Origin: Ranitomeya imitator | Lineage: Eukaryota | NCBI RefSeq assembly: GCF_032444005.1 | Contig: NC_091285.1 | Location: 641,142,001 to 641,206,000, forward strand | Direction of reading: 5' to 3' | DNA: 64,000 bases | Part shown: positions 11,946 through 25,800 of the stretch, one piece after another | Layout: every line of letters begins with the position of its first letter | Position numbering within the stretch: position 1 is the first letter of the stretch | Translations under genes and position numbers: made by a program | The notes under the pieces: generated by a model | What the model was told of the DNA's origin: nothing | The model's database searches: none | The model's input: only the letters and a program-made list of their open reading frames with translations

Positions 11946-14900
11946 GGAACAGTACCCGAGGCTGATCTACAAGTTAAACAAACTTTAATTACACAGCGAA
12001 GAATATGGGTTGATTTCTAGAAAAAAAAGAAAGAGAAAGTTCTCTTATTTAAGGTGCCTGTAGCTTCTACAATACTGAAGGCAATGTCCAATAACTGCCC
12101 CTATATCAGAGCTTGTGTTGGCTTAACGTGACCCACTTGCCCGAGAACACTTTCAGTCCTAAAAAAAAAGACTTCTAAAAGGTCGGCCATTTTTATCTGT
12201 CGTGAGCCAGCTATTTGCAGGTCGCAGTGCAGTGAGCACTTGTATGGCCAGATCAGAGGAGTACACAGCCATTTGTCATTATGCAAGCATTTCAGCTGGG
12301 TCAATATGGAGCTAAACCCATTCCATAACATCTCTGATGGATGTGTTGGCAACGCACAGCTGATTGATGAAAGTGAAAAAAAAATAAAAATGATAAGCTT
12401 AAACACGGCATTGGCACCCAACATAAACCTGTCATGAGTTAAGTCTACCTCTCCTGCAAGCCTGTAGAACAAAAGTGACAATACGTAAGCAGATGTTGGT
12501 GGGACAACACTCCAGCCTTGGACTTTACCAAAGTATCGGAAGCCTTTTCTAGGATCACGTAAGTGTTTGAAAGTCGAGCATAAACAAACAATGTCTGAAA
12601 CAAAGTTCAGCATCTACTCATCACCTTCATTTTTGGCACCAATCATCTAAAAAGGTATTGGAAAACCATTTACAGGATATATACAGCTTGTACCGATAGC
12701 CTGTATCTTCTGGTGGCCAAGCGACGAGGCTTGTGAACATGAGCAAGTCAAAAACGGTACGAGATGTATGGAAATGGACATCATGAATGCTTACGGTGCC
12801 ACAGAATCTACACAAAAAAAAAAAAAACAGTGCTGTAAATGAAAGCGATCCTGGTTATACAACCCACAAGTTGACCAGAAGTGCTCAATCTAAGTAGCTT
12901 TATACATGTATGGTACATGACAATCTTTGACCATGTCGTGCTGAAGTCGAGCTGTCCAGATGGTCATTGATTCTAATTGAAAAGTCTTCAAAAGGATATT
13001 GTAAATCCTAATGGAGAACTTGAACTTTGTAGAAATATTGAGTACTTAAAGATTTTTTTTTTAACAGTGTAAGTCTGCAATAGCTTCTCATCTAGACCTG
13101 ACCGGAAATTGGTGGCTTGACAAAGACCTATCTAATAAGGTTGAAACGTATCCGTCTCCCTTTATTATGTGACACATTAATAAAGACGAAGCTTTTTTTG
13201 CTACTGTGGATGCAGTTATCGCTCTCTCTGTAACTGATGGAAGAAACACAAAGCCGGAGAAGGGTACGAGAAAATTCCAAAGTGTTGGTCCACCACCAAG
13301 GTGCACTGTTGTCCTGGCTGCTTGCAGACAATCACAATCGTTAACTGTGGGACTGTTGGTTCTTCATCAGCTCAACAATAGACATTTGGATGTATTGTAG
13401 ACTTCGATACATCATGAGGTTTTCGTTTTAAGTCATCTTTAGTCTTGTATATCTTTTTGCACTGGTGGATTTTGCACCAAAATCAGTCAATATGGGGTAC
13501 AATGTTTGATGAATTGGCACAAATTCAAAAGATGATTATTCTTTTGGCTCTTTTGCATCTTTTTAGCGTAAATTAACAAAAAAAATGATTTGATCCTCTA
13601 AATAATCTTTAAAATGTTAGGTACAAAAAAAAAAAAAAAAAAGTTTGACAGATTTTTATTCTTCACTAAGGTTCTGGACTGTAAATGAGCATAAATATTA
13701 ATAAAGAGACCAAAATGTTGAACATCTGGATAACCAAAACCACACACAATGGCAAAATTAAATTAAAAAAAAAAAACAAAACAAAACAAAACAAAACACA
13801 GAAGACACCAAGTAAGGATAACTTTAAAAAGGGCCCAAAGAAAATAATATATATTTTTTTTTTTTTTAAAGTGTCTGTTAGAGAACCATTTTTATTGCAG
13901 AAAAAGTGTGCAAACACAATAAATCAGACCCTATGTTTCTTCTTCATGGTGCTCGGCATCCTAAAAATGGATTACGGTATTGGTTTGGGAAAATCAGATT
14001 CTAAAGACTTTATTGAGGAATTCTGAGTTATGAGAGTAGTCATCAATTTTATATACTCATCTCTTAAGGCCACCATGCACATTAGATAAAAGATGTCCAA
14101 ATCCAACAATTTCAGAAGGACTGGTCTGTCATTTGATGTGTATGGAGGCCCCCAGACTCTCACCAACAAATGAGATTGAGGAAAATCAGCATTGAACAGT
14201 TGAACTATAGCTTTCTTTTTGAGAAAATAAGCCTAGTTTTTGAATGAACATTCAACTGAGACAAGCATTCTTGTGTATGAGGGAGTATGGAAAGCGGTGG
14301 TGTGAACATCTCAGTGCTTTGTCAGAGTATTTCGTCCAGAAGCTGCTTGACCTTGTCTTCAAAATGTAGAAATCTTGGCCAAAAGTTAGGAGAGCAGAAA
14401 TGTTGAAATTGGTGCCGTAGGTTAGGAGCGAAAGGCTCCCTATAGGGAGGGAGTACAACATCAGTGTTAGAGAAGCTGTGCCGACGGGAACCTGTTCATA
14501 AACATAGGACATCGTAGATCAACCTTATGGACCAGCACAGCCGACAGACCCACCAACAGCGCAGCTAAGCTGGAGAGCGGTCACAGGAGCCGCTTGTGTG
14601 CTAGAATCAGTGGCCATAGTCCGGCACAAGTAATAGAGGAAGACGATCAAGCTTCGTTATAGAAGCGGGGAAAGCTTGTGGGTCTAGGGACACTTGGATG
14701 TTACATCTATTTGAGCCCTAATATAACCTGGAGTTGTGAATAAATCGGCACCATGGCCGACACAGAATAACTAAAGACCTATTCCCATTTCATAAAGTGA
14801 AGACCTATCGCTAGGATATGTCATGACTTTACGATCAGTGGGGGACCGACCAAAGATCTTTATTAATGGTGTAGATGGGAGTTTCCTTCACTGGGACATT

Positions 14901-16440
14901 TCCATCCACCCTCCACAGAACGGCCCTATATGGGTAAATGTGGCCACAGATCCCAGAGGTGGCCAGGAAACCTGCTGCGGAGAGAAAGAGAGGAGACAGA
15001 TCACTTCATCCCTTTACGAGATGGGAACACCCTTGAACACCAAAAAAGTTGTTGGTTATTCACATTGGGAAATGGTGGTCTGAAGCCACACCACCAATTA
15101 GCCTCATATGAAGGTCCCCTTATGTCTCACTCACGTTTTTTTTTTGTAGCATTTAAGAATGGAAACTGATGCGTGATATGGGGGACACACAAGGCGCAGC
15201 ACAGAAATGTCTGAGTGAGGAGTAATTCAAGCTGTAAAAAAAATAAAGAAAATGAAGAACTTCTCTGAAGACCTAAAAAACAGCCAAAAATGTAGAAGAA
15301 AAAAAAAAAACCAACTCATCCAAAACGTAGCTTTCAGGGGTTATTCCTCCCCCGAGATTGGGGCTTGGCATTCCTGAATGGAGTAGAGATATGCAAGCTC
15401 ATCCTCCACTCCATTCATGGTCAACGTGACTATAGAAGAAAGTCATATACAGTACTTAGCTATATCAGGCAGTCCCATAGACAATGAACGGAGCAGAAGA
15501 GGAGCATCACACCTCCGCTGCATGCAGGACGCTCTAGGGGTTCTAGAGTCCTAATCTTAAGATTGTCATCCCCTATCCTGCAGCCAGGCACATATGGAAG
15601 AGGGCCCCTGTGCAAAAATAGTATGGGCTCTTTGTAGTCAACTAGTGGGTTTGTAAGAGAAGCCGCTGTCGAACCTGAAGTGGACCCGCTACCTCTTGAG
15701 CCCTTTTGGCAACTGCACATGCTGCACCAATGGCAAGTCTTCCTGTCTGGATAACAATTGTTTTTTCTGGAGAAACTCTTTAAGATCATAACTTTAAAAG
15801 TCAAAAACGTATCTGCCCTCCAGGATCCCCCTGTGATTTCCCCTCACTTGTAACAAAAATTCTCTTTCCTATTAATACAACTATTAAAATCCACTAAAGA
15901 CAGTTGGTAGTTTCCCATCATATTAACTTTTAGATCCACAATCGCCCACAGAAGTTCCCATCACTAGACTGTAGAGCAACTCACTAAAATTATTCTAGTT
16001 CTTCTACATCAGGGGTGCACAGACATTTTTTTTTTTTTAAGGCATAAGGGTTGGATTTTCATCTTTTTCTAATTTAGGCTACAAAAACTTTTGCTGCCAA
16101 TTTTCTTTTCACACAGTATATGAGGGATTATGCTTGTTTGTTTAGGGCGGGAGACCGGTGCAGTCTGGTAATAGGCTGTACGGAAATCCGGGTAGCACGT
16201 CAAAGGAAAAAAAAAAAACGGACCATATTTCATTAGTGATTTTCATCAGAGTTTGCCCGAGCGTACGTGGGGAAAAAAAAAAAAAAAAAAGTCCTCCACC
16301 TTCTCCTAACAGTCCGTGAAAAATTGGAATTCACTCAGACGTCATCTGAATGCAGCCTGATTTTGTTCACAAATCAACAAAGAAATGTAAATACCCCTCT
16401 AAGGATGAAAATTCTTTACAACAAATTCAGTCCCAGCCAA

Positions 16441-16478
16441 CCCAACAAGTTTCGCCTTGGCAGGCTTCCTCAAAGGGC
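16441..16478 (-). ncRNA. Degenerate Penelope-type minimal hammerhead motif
   Basis: Minus strand CCCTTTGAGGA-A-GCC-TGCCAA-GGC-GAAAC-TTGTTGGG. TGAGGA and GAAAC cores flank a GCC/GGC stem II; the core is imperfect. Confidence 0.4.
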
Positions 16479-16498
16479 TGGGGTTATAATCGGATGCA

Positions 16499-16879
16499 CA
16501 GTACAGACCAAAAGTTTGGACACACCTTCTCATTTAAAGATTTTTCTGTATGTTTGTGACTATGAAAATTGTAAATTCACACTGAAGGCATCAAAACTAT
16601 GAATTAACACATGTGGAATTATATACTTAACAAAAAAGTGTGAAAGAACTGAAATTATATTCTAGGTTCTTCAAAGTAGCCACCTTTTGCTTTGATGACT
16701 GCTTTGCACACTCTTGGCATTCTCTTGATGAGCGTCACACTTTTTTGTTAAGTACATAATTCCACATGTGTTAATTCATAGTTTTGATGCCTTCAGTGTG
16801 AATGTACAATTTTCATAGTCATGAAAATACAGAAAAATCTTTAAATGAGAAGGTGTGTCCAAACTTTTGATCTGTACTG
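16499..16879. mobile_element. Tc1-derived MITE with ~145-bp near-perfect TIRs
   Basis: CAGTACAGACCAAAAGTTTGGACAC... and ...GTGTCCAAACTTTTGATCTGTACTG followed by TA. Arms 16499-16643 and 16735-16879. Confidence 0.88.
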
Positions 16880-17869
16880 TACATCAATAACATTGATACT
16901 TACCTTATGATTTATTGTGGAGCCACAGACTGCAGCCGTGAACAGTCAGTATTTCTAGTGACTGATTAGGATAGCTAATATAAAGTAGGAATCTCCAATT
17001 TAGGAGTCTGATTGCAAAAACAAAATAAACAATACAGGATCACTGTAGCAAATTTTAAGGTTATTGACTACTTTTTTAATTGAGATTGAATAAAAGTCAT
17101 GTTTTATCACATCTCTTAACATGGGGTCCATTTACCAGTTTGAGTAATTTGCTGTAAATTATTTTTTTCACAGACCTATATACTTGCATTTCCGATTTTG
17201 TTCGACCCTTGTATCAAAATCAGATACGTCTCTGTTATTTTTCACTTGGTCCATGAAATATCGCGGACATGTCAATGACCCTTTTCAATAATATAGCTAC
17301 GAGCGATATCTGTGAAAAATACAGATTGAACTTTTAAGGGAAAAAACGGGAGTCTGAATGAGACTGAAGTTGCAAGCTGCTAGCGGGAATGTCACAGACG
17401 TCGCGACAGTTCAGTCCGGCTGTACACGGAGCCTCAGTGACTGTAGGTATCTCGATGATGTCACCGCCAGTCACTGAGGCTGCACTCGCAGCAGTTCATT
17501 CCCCAGTGGTTCTCAGCCTGGACGGTCGCATCTTGGCACCGTCCAGGTTGAAAACGGTTTTTCTCCCATAGATTACGGCATGGGACATAACGACAGACAG
17601 ATATGGTATATTGTTGTTTTATTATTTTTGGTTTATTACAGGAGATCGAGGGCTTCGGTGGAATTAGGCGAGGTCGTAAGTATGGTTTAATTGAGATTAT
17701 TAAAGGAGTCTGTCATTTTTTCAAATAAAGGACTTTATTCTGGCTGTCTTTATTTATAATACAACTATAGGATTAGTAATGGATAGGTGTCTTATAAACG
17801 CCTCTCCATTACTAAGCCGTGGGTTTGATGTCACCTGGCAATACAAAGGTGACAACAACCCCACAAATA

Positions 17870-18400
17870 TGAACCCCACTTGCCACCGCTACAGGGCAAG
17901 TGGGAAGAGCCGGCAAAGCATCAGAATTGGCGCCGCTAATAGATTCGCCTTTTCTGGGCAGCTGAAGGCTGCTATTTTTAGGCTGGGGCGGACCCCATAT
18001 ATCCATGGCACCTTAACAGCCTGAGAATACCTGCCCCCAGCTGTCTGCTTTAGCAAGGATGGTTGTCAAAAATGGGGGGACCCAAGGCCATTTTTTAAAA
18101 TTATTTATTTAAATAAATAATATGGCGTGGGACCCTTCTTTTCTTGATAACTAGCCTTGCTAAAGCTGAGGGTTGCAGCCTCCAGCTGTGAGTTTTGCCT
18201 GGCTGGTTAACAAAAATACAGGGGAACCCACACAGTTTTTTTTTTTTTATTATTATTTACAGCGCAGAAATTATTTACAGCGCAGAAGCGGCTGATGAAG
18301 ACTCCCATCCGTCGCTCCTACTGTCACTGTTATTAGCAGCAGCAGGTGTTGGATGATGGAAGCAGTTGTCCCATCAGCTGATAACAGTGACCGGAGGTAA
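17870..18400. repeat. Interspersed non-autonomous repeat; diverged inverted homologue at ~20440-20965
   Basis: ACTTGCCACCGCTACAGGGCAAGTGG...CCCCCAGCTGTCTGCTTTAGC is reverse-complementary to 20780-20965. Confidence 0.5.
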
Positions 18401-18939
18401 AATGATTTCACCACCGATCAGAAGCGGTGTTTGCCGCGCTGCCATGCACAAAACAGCACGACAAACACTCGGTGTTCAGGCAGCCGAACCTGAACAGTAA
18501 CACAGACTCCCTGGTGAAGTCTGTGCGCAAACAGTAGGCGTTTGGTACGGTTGCCGAACTTTACTGTACGGGTTCGCCCATCTCTACTGTTTACATCCAA
18601 TCTTGAACATATATGCAAATGACACAGGCGCATGGCTCGTTGCACTGGGCCGCTCGTTGCAGGTGATGCAACCTGCCACCATTTCTTTTCATATGGACTT
18701 TACACCGTCTTCCAACTTATTATGCAAATGCTACTTTTCTTCCGATTTTCCTAAATGGTGGATGCAGATGTGTCTGTACAAATGTTCAATTCAACCGTTA
18801 AAATGTGATTTATCCTCTATTTGACAAACCTCCCAATAAGATTTTTATCAAAGTAAAAAAAACCTCAAACCGTATTGTTCCAAATTATTCTGCACAGCAG
18901 AGTTGTAAAGAGTTGAAAATGGTCATTTGTTGAATTTTC

Positions 18940-20120
18940 AGCGTTAAGCGGTCACATTTACTGAAATCAAAAACATCTTAACAGGTTTCAGGTTAACATA
19001 GGACCCCTTCCTTGATATCACCTTCACAATTCTTGCATCCATTGAACTTGTGAATTTTTGGAGAGTTTCTGCTTTTATTTTTTGTCTTAAAGTCAGAATA
19101 GCCTCCCAGAGCTGCTGTTTTGATGTGAACTGCCTCCCATCCTCCAAAGGTTCTCTATAGGGTTGAGGTCAGGGAAAGATGGTGGCCACACCATGAGTTT
19201 ATCTCTTTTTTGCCCATAGCAGCCAATGACTTGGAGGTTTCCTTGCAGAATGAGATGGGGCATTATCATGCATGAAGAGGATTTTGGATGGCATGGTTCT
19301 TTGTTTTGTACCATGGAAGAAAGTTGTCAGTCAGAACTGCTATATACATTGCCGAGGTCATTTTCACACCTTCAGGGATCCTAAAGGTGCCAACCAGCTG
19401 TTTCCCCATAGTTCTGGCCCTAAACATGACTCCAAGACATCACAGCATGGTTGGAACATGGTGACCATCCAACTATCCACTACTCCATCCATCTGGACCA
19501 TGCAGGGTTGAGAGGCACTCCTCCATAAACAAGGCTGTTCTTGGCTACATTCACACATTCAGTATTTTACCTCGGTATTTGTAAGCCAAAATCAGGAGTG
19601 GGTAAAAAATACAGAAGTGGTGACGTATTTCTACTATACATTTCCTCTGATTGTTCCAATCCTGATTTTCACTTAAAAATACTGATATAACATTCTGACC
19701 AAATATTCAAAGTGTGAACGTGGCTATTAAATTAGTAGTCATGTACATCTCGGCCTACAGCAACTGTTTCTGCTTGTGAGCACTGTTTAGGAGTAGCCGA
19801 ATAGTAGGTTTATGCACAACTGCAAGCCTCTCGGATCCTACACCTTGAGATTCCTGGAACTTCAAAGCCACCGGCAGCTTCAAATATCTTTTTGCTGGTT
19901 TGTAATGGTAATTTAGCAGCTGCTCTCTTAATCTGATAAATTTGTCTGCCAGAAACCTTCCTTATTATGCCTTTATCTGCACAAACCCATCTGTTCTCTG
20001 CATCAGTCACAAATCTTTTCACAGTACAATGATCTTGCCTAATTATAAATGAAATATTGAATGTTTTCATACCTTGCTTATGCTTTATGACAGCAGATAG
20101 ATCATTTTTCATTCCCATGT
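18940..20120 (-). pseudogene. Decayed Tc1-like transposase, interrupted by a MITE at ~19545-19725
   Basis: Fragments in several frames: LPLQTSKKIFEAAG..., WPPSFPDLNPIENLW, FTSKQQLWEAIL..TLQKFTSSMDARIVKVI..KG. Confidence 0.82.
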
Positions 20121-21347
20121 GGTCAGTTTTATAGTTTTGAACATCCTTCGTAGGGCTCTTTCAGACGTCAGTGTGTCCGGCACGTGTGGCAACAGTTTTC
20201 ACACGTACTGGAGGCACTTACACAAGTAGACCCATTCAAGTGAATGGGTCTGTGGACATGTCAGTGTGTTTCCATGGACCATGTCTCTGTGGGCAAAATA
20301 CGCTGACATGTCCTTTTTTTTTTTTTTTTAACAGCAGCACGGGCCCCAAAACGGCCTGCACATGCGCACACTCATGACACACAGACGACATCAGTGTGTC
20401 ATGTACCGGCGCCTGGGAATCAGCACTCTACCCCGGCGTCGGGTGCTGAAGACAGCTCCCATCATTCTCCCCAGCACTGCCGGCGATCAGCACTAGCAGA
20501 GGACAATGTTGAAAGTTGTATTCAACTGATAGCAGCAACAGCAGGTGGTGACTGATGGGAGTATTAATTAGCCGCCGCCTGTGCTATAAATTAAAAAGGA
20601 AAAAAAAAAAAAAAAAAAAAACACATGGTTTCCCTGCATTTTTGATAACCAGTCAAGCAAAACTGACAGCCATCAGCTTCAGCAAGGCTGGTTATCAAGT
20701 ATAGAAGGAACTACATACCGTATTTTTTAATTAAATAAATTATTTTTTTTAAAAACAGCGTGGGAACCCCCCACTTTGACAACCAGCCAAGCTAAAGCAG
20801 ACAGCTGGGGGCTGGTATTCTCAGGCTGGTAAGGGGCCATGGATATTGACCTCCCCCAGTCTAAAAATAAAAGCCTGCAGCCGCCCAGACAAGGCACATC
20901 TATCAGATGTACCAATTTTGGCGTTTTGCCCTGCTCTTTCCACTTGCCCTGTAGTGGTGGCAAGTATCAGGATGTGTGAAAGAGTCCTTAAGTAATTTTC
21001 CTATAATTGAGCTCACCTAATTATCTCAGGTGTTTGAGATAGATTTCAGTGATCCAAAGACTCTGATGCACCAACTAACCATGAGTTTATCGGAAAAATA
21101 AAATAAAAAATAGCCGGATTACTTACCGGTAATGCTATTTTAATGAGTCCACGACAGCACCCACTGGAGAAATAGGGATCCGCCCCAAGGAACAGGAAAC
21201 CTACAGAAGAATAAAAGGGGCAGTCCGCCTCTCCTCCTCAGGAGGAGGACCGCCAGTATTAGGCAAATATTTACAATATATCTTAAACTTATTTACTCTA
21301 TAAGAAGTAATTCAATTGATTTTTATTTTATTAGGGAGGGATGTGAC

Positions 21348-21436
21348 TGGGTGCTGTCGTGGACTCATTAAAAGAGCATTACCAGTAAGTAATCCGGCTA
21401 TTTACTCTTCGCCACGACAGCACCCACTGGAGAGAT
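21348..21436. repeat. DIRS internal complementary region (ICR)
   Basis: TGGGTGCTGTCGTGGACTCATTAAAAGAGCATTACCAGTAAGTAATCCGGCTAT joined via TT to ACTCTTCGCCACGACAGCACCCACTGGAGAGAT. This reproduces the joined 3' end and 5' start of the element. Confidence 0.92.
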
Positions 21437-22450
21437 TTCCAGAGACCAACACCTGGGGAGGACCACCATGCTGAGGATAGTCCTGCCAAAGTGTAGGCCA
21501 GAAGTTGATGAAAGATCTCGCCTAAAGTGGTTATAGAAGGTAGAGGGAGCCAACCACGTTGCCGCCTTACATATGTCCTCAATTGGAACGTTTCCCCTTT
21601 CGGCCCAGGAAGAAGCTATGGCTCTGGTGGAGTGTGCTTTAATGCCGTTCGGGGGTTTCTTATTTTTAATGGAGTAGGCCAACCGGATAGCATCTCTTAT
21701 CCACCAAGATAATGTGGCTCTTGTGACTCCATACCCCTTCCTTCTGCCCTGGAAGGATATGAGTAGAGCCCACACTGCCTCCAGCTACTAGTTCTTTCAA
21801 TATATTGTAAAACTACTCTCCTGACGTCTAGAGTGTGAAACTTTTGTTCTTCGGGAGTGGAGGAATCTTTAAAGAAAGTGGGAACATGTATCTCTTGTGA
21901 TCTATGGAATTTTCCCGCTACCTTAGGGAGGTATAAGGGGTCTGGTTTTAAAATTAGTCTGTCCTGAAATGTTAGAAGGAAAGGTGGATCTATTGATAGG
22001 GCCTGAATGTCGCTGACTCTTCTAGCCAATGTTAGTGCTACCAAGAAGGCCGTTTTTAACGATAGGTGTTTTAGAGACGCTGTATCTATAAGCTCAAAAG
22101 GAGGTTCTGGTAGAGTCTAGGACTAGGTTTAGATCCCAAGGAGATACTCTAGCGATGTGGACAGGAGTAACTCGTTCACAGGCCATGATGAAACGGGACA
22201 CCCATTTATTCTCTGCAACATTATGGCCATAGAGGGCGCCTAGAGCGGATACTTGGACTTTTAGCGTATTAACAGAAAGACCTAACTCTTTCCCTTTTTG
22301 TAGGAATTCTAATATAGGTCTTATTGGAATTTCTGAGGGGTTGGAACTTGTATGGAACTGAAGAAATTTTTTCCATATTTTGGTATAAATCTTTGTAGTA
22401 GATGGTTTCCTGCTAAGCAGGAGTGTATCGATTAGACCTTTTGAAAAACC
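21398..22450 (-). pseudogene. DIRS tyrosine recombinase (frameshifted)
   Basis: VSPWDLNLVL, LARRVSDIQALS, HTLDVRRVV, AHSTRAIASSW, ATW..STFYNHF. Split over ORFs 21697-22044 and 21398-21775. Confidence 0.85.
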
Positions 22451-24400
22451 TCTATAATTTAATATCTGCCTTTCAAATTCCAGGCCGTCAAGTGGAGGTT
22501 GTCCACTTGGGGGTGGAAGAAAGGTCCCTGAGAGAGTTGGTCTGGGATTGAGGGAAGGACCCATGGATCTGTCACTGACATTGATTGCAGGCACGAGAAC
22601 CACAGTCTCTTGGGCCAAAATGGTGCTATTAATATTATTCTGGCCTGTTCCTCTCTGATTTTCTGTATGATTTGTGGAAGTAGAATTATCGGAGGGAAAG
22701 CATATGCCAGATTGAATTGCCAAGGTATTTGAAGAGCATCTAGAATGTCCGGGTGGTCTGCACAGGACCGAGATGCAAATTTCTGTACTTGTCTGTTTTG
22801 TTTCGTAGCAAACAGGTCTATCTGGGGCCGGCCTCATAATAAATGTTATTTTGTGAAAAATGCGAGGATTCAGACACCATTCTCCTTGATGTAGAGTGTG
22901 TCGACTTAGAAAGTCTGCCTGTTGATTGCTCTCTCCTTTGATGTGGATGGCAAAGAGGGACAACAGATGCTTTTCGGCCAGGATCAAGATGTTCTCTGCG
23001 GAAGACATCAGAGCGTCTGACCGAGTACCCCCTTGTTTGTTTAAGTAAGCCACTGTCGCAGTGTTGTCCGAACAGACTCGGACGTGGTTTCCTTGAAGCT
23101 GTGGAAGAAATTGACGTAGTGCATAGTTTACCGCATTTAGCTCTTTTAAATTAGATGAATATAGGATCTCTTGTTCATTCCATATTCCCTGGCAGAAACA
23201 CATATATGCGCCCCACCCGTGGGGACTAGCATCAGTAGTCAAAGTGTGGGATGGTGTTATCAACCAAGGGTCACCCCCCGCTAAATGCTTACTATCTAAC
23301 CACCATTATAAGGATGCTAGGACCCCCTCTGATCAGGTTATTTTTGATTCGAGGTGGCCAAGGAGTTATTTCTGTTCCCGAAGAATTTGATGTTGCAATG
23401 TTCGGGTATGGAATTGTGCCCACTGGACGGCTGTAGTACAGGTTGAAAGGGATCCTAATAAGGACATTCCTTTCCTCAGAGACATTCGGGGTTTGTGAAT
23501 GGCAGCAGATACTTTTTCCTCTATTAGAGATATTTTTACCTGAGGGAGTAGACATCTTTGTTTTGTAGAATCTAGATTGAACCCTAGAAATGTCTGGAGG
23601 GAAAGTGGGATAAGTCTGGATTTTGGATGATGATGATGAAGTTGATGATCCAGCCCAGGTCCTGTAAAGATGAGACAGTGTCAGCCAAGCGTTTAGCACA
23701 CTAAGGGACGAATTTCCGACAACTAAAAAGTCATCCAAATAGGGGATGATTAAAGTGTCCTTTTGACGAAGGTAGGCCATCACCTCTAACATTACTTTGG
23801 TGAAGATCCTTGGTGCCGTGGAGAGACCAAAGGGCATGGCCGTGTACTGGAAATGATGAATCTCCCCTTCGAGTTTTACTGCGACTCTGAAGTATCTTTG
23901 ATATCTGTTATGGATAGGGAGATGGTAGTAAGCATCTTTCAAATCAATGCCGCCCATTTTACAGTTTGGATAGAGGAGCTTAAATGGTGGATCTAATGGA
24001 TTCCATTTTAAATTTATAATTTTTAATAAATGTATTGAGTTTTCTAAGATTTATAATTGTTCTGAACGACCCATCGGGCTTAGGGATTAGAAATAATGGA
24101 GAGTAGAACCCACTACTCTCTTGTCCTCTTGGTAGTTTCACTAAGACATTTATATCAATGAGACTTTGAATCTCAAGTTCAAGGGCCCTTTGTTGTATCG
24201 GTGAGCCAAGGTTTGTTATTATGAATGAATCGTGGGGAATTCGGAGGAATTCTATCTTAATTCCTTCTCTAATAATATTTAAAATCCACAAATTTGATGT
24301 TATCTTTTGCCATTGAGGCAGGAATAGTTTTAGCCTACCACCTACAGGGGTGACCGGTGTTTTAATATTTATTGTCTCTACGGAAGGGGGGCCTTTAAAC
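22094..24400 (-). pseudogene. DIRS RT-RNase H-methyltransferase-like ORF (frameshifted)
   Basis: FYSPLFLIPKPDGSFRTIINL, IDLKDAYYHLPI, AMPFGLSTAPRIFTK, IPYLDDFL, TTDASPHGWG, SDNTATVAYLNKQGGTRS, ADFLSR. +1 frameshift at ~23980 plus further breaks. Confidence 0.9.
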
Positions 24401-25800
24401 ATAGTACCCCTTTGTTTTTCTTCCTTTGTGGCCCACCGCGATGGTCTTTCATTTGGTCTTCTTTTACCAAACGGTCTTCTCCTGAAAGTCTTCCTATAAA
24501 ATGGAATTGAGAGGTCAGGGAAGGCTTTTTTCCTTTCTTTTGCTTTTTTAAAGGATGTCATCCTGAGCTTTCCCGAAAAGAAACTCACCCTCGCATGGGA
24601 TAGGGATAGCACAGATTTTTGTCTTTGACTGCGTATCTCCCTTCCAACTCTTCATCCATAAGGCTCGTCGGGCATTATTCACTAGACCTGCTGATCTTGC
24701 TACAAGACATAGAGTGTCAGGTGATGCGTCAGCCATGAAGGCTGCAGCCCCTCTAATCAATGGTATAGTGTCTTGCACTTTCTGTCTAGAAACTCTTTGC
24801 TCTACCTGTTGATCCAATTGATCAATCCAGAGAAGCATGGACCTAGCAGTACATGCACTGGCAATAGCCGGCTTAAATATATCTGTGGAAGCTTCCCATG
24901 TTCTTTTTAATGCCGATTCTGCTTTCCGGTCTAAAGGATCAGAAAGTAGGCCTGCGTCTTCTACTGGTAAGGTGGATTGTTTTGAAGTGGAGGCGACTGC
25001 TGCGTCCACTTTTGGAAATTAGTCCATGATATAAGCTCATCATCGCTAAACGGGTACTTCCTTTTGGAGGCTGACGGGAGAAAACCTCTGGTCTTGTTTT
25101 TCCCATTCTCTCCTTATCAATGCTTTCACGGCAGGGATAAACGGAAACGCTCTCCTTTTCCTCTCCAACATGATATTTTGCGTCGTTTGGTCATCCTTTG
25201 TATCTTCACAACCTATTGTATTTCTGATTGATTTTACTAGGTTGTCAACCCCATCAAGGGGAAAACAAGACCGACCTTCAATTTCAGATGGTACTGAAGA
25301 GGAGGATGATGCATGTGAAGAGTCTGAGTTGATTACGCCATCATCATCGGACTCAGAGCTGGACACTATTTTTTCTACTAGTTTTTTTAGGAGGTGCATT
25401 TGATTGGGTGATGGCCTGTAACTCTTCCCTGAATATGACCCGTATATCCGTAACGGACACGGATGGTCCCTGCATGGTTTCACTAATGCATTGCTTCCAG
25501 AGTTTTTTAGGATAGGAATCTGGGAGGGGTTGATCACACAACGCACACTGTTTAAGTTTGGATTTCTGTTTCTTTTTGGCCTCGGGGGGAAAATGTTGTG
25601 GAAAAGAGCTTCAGCTTAATAGGTAGAGGGTTTTTACACTTACCCAGTGAAGCTATATGGTACCGGATCAGGTGGCCAAAGCGCCGTTCTGGACTTTGAA
25701 TCTGCTGCATCACTCTTACGGCTGACGTCCGAGGACCTCCTGCTGGCTGAATCACTCGCTGGATCCACTGTCTTGCCTGGGGATGACAAGTTGCATCGCC
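24400..25800 (-). pseudogene. DIRS gag-like ORF (frameshifted)
   Basis: CALCDQPLPDSYPKKLWKQC zinc-finger-like motif with one Cys replaced by Trp. DAAVASTSKQSTLPVEDAGLLSDPLDRK... and ARRALWMKSW resemble DIRS ORF1. Confidence 0.7.

Noticed and set aside
14200-15800. Possible decayed L1 ORF1 or other retroelement on the minus strand (DDNLKIRTLEP, VPRPTSFPR, LAHKRLL)
   Set aside because: The similarities are short, scattered over frames and interrupted by MITE pieces; too weak to call without a profile search.
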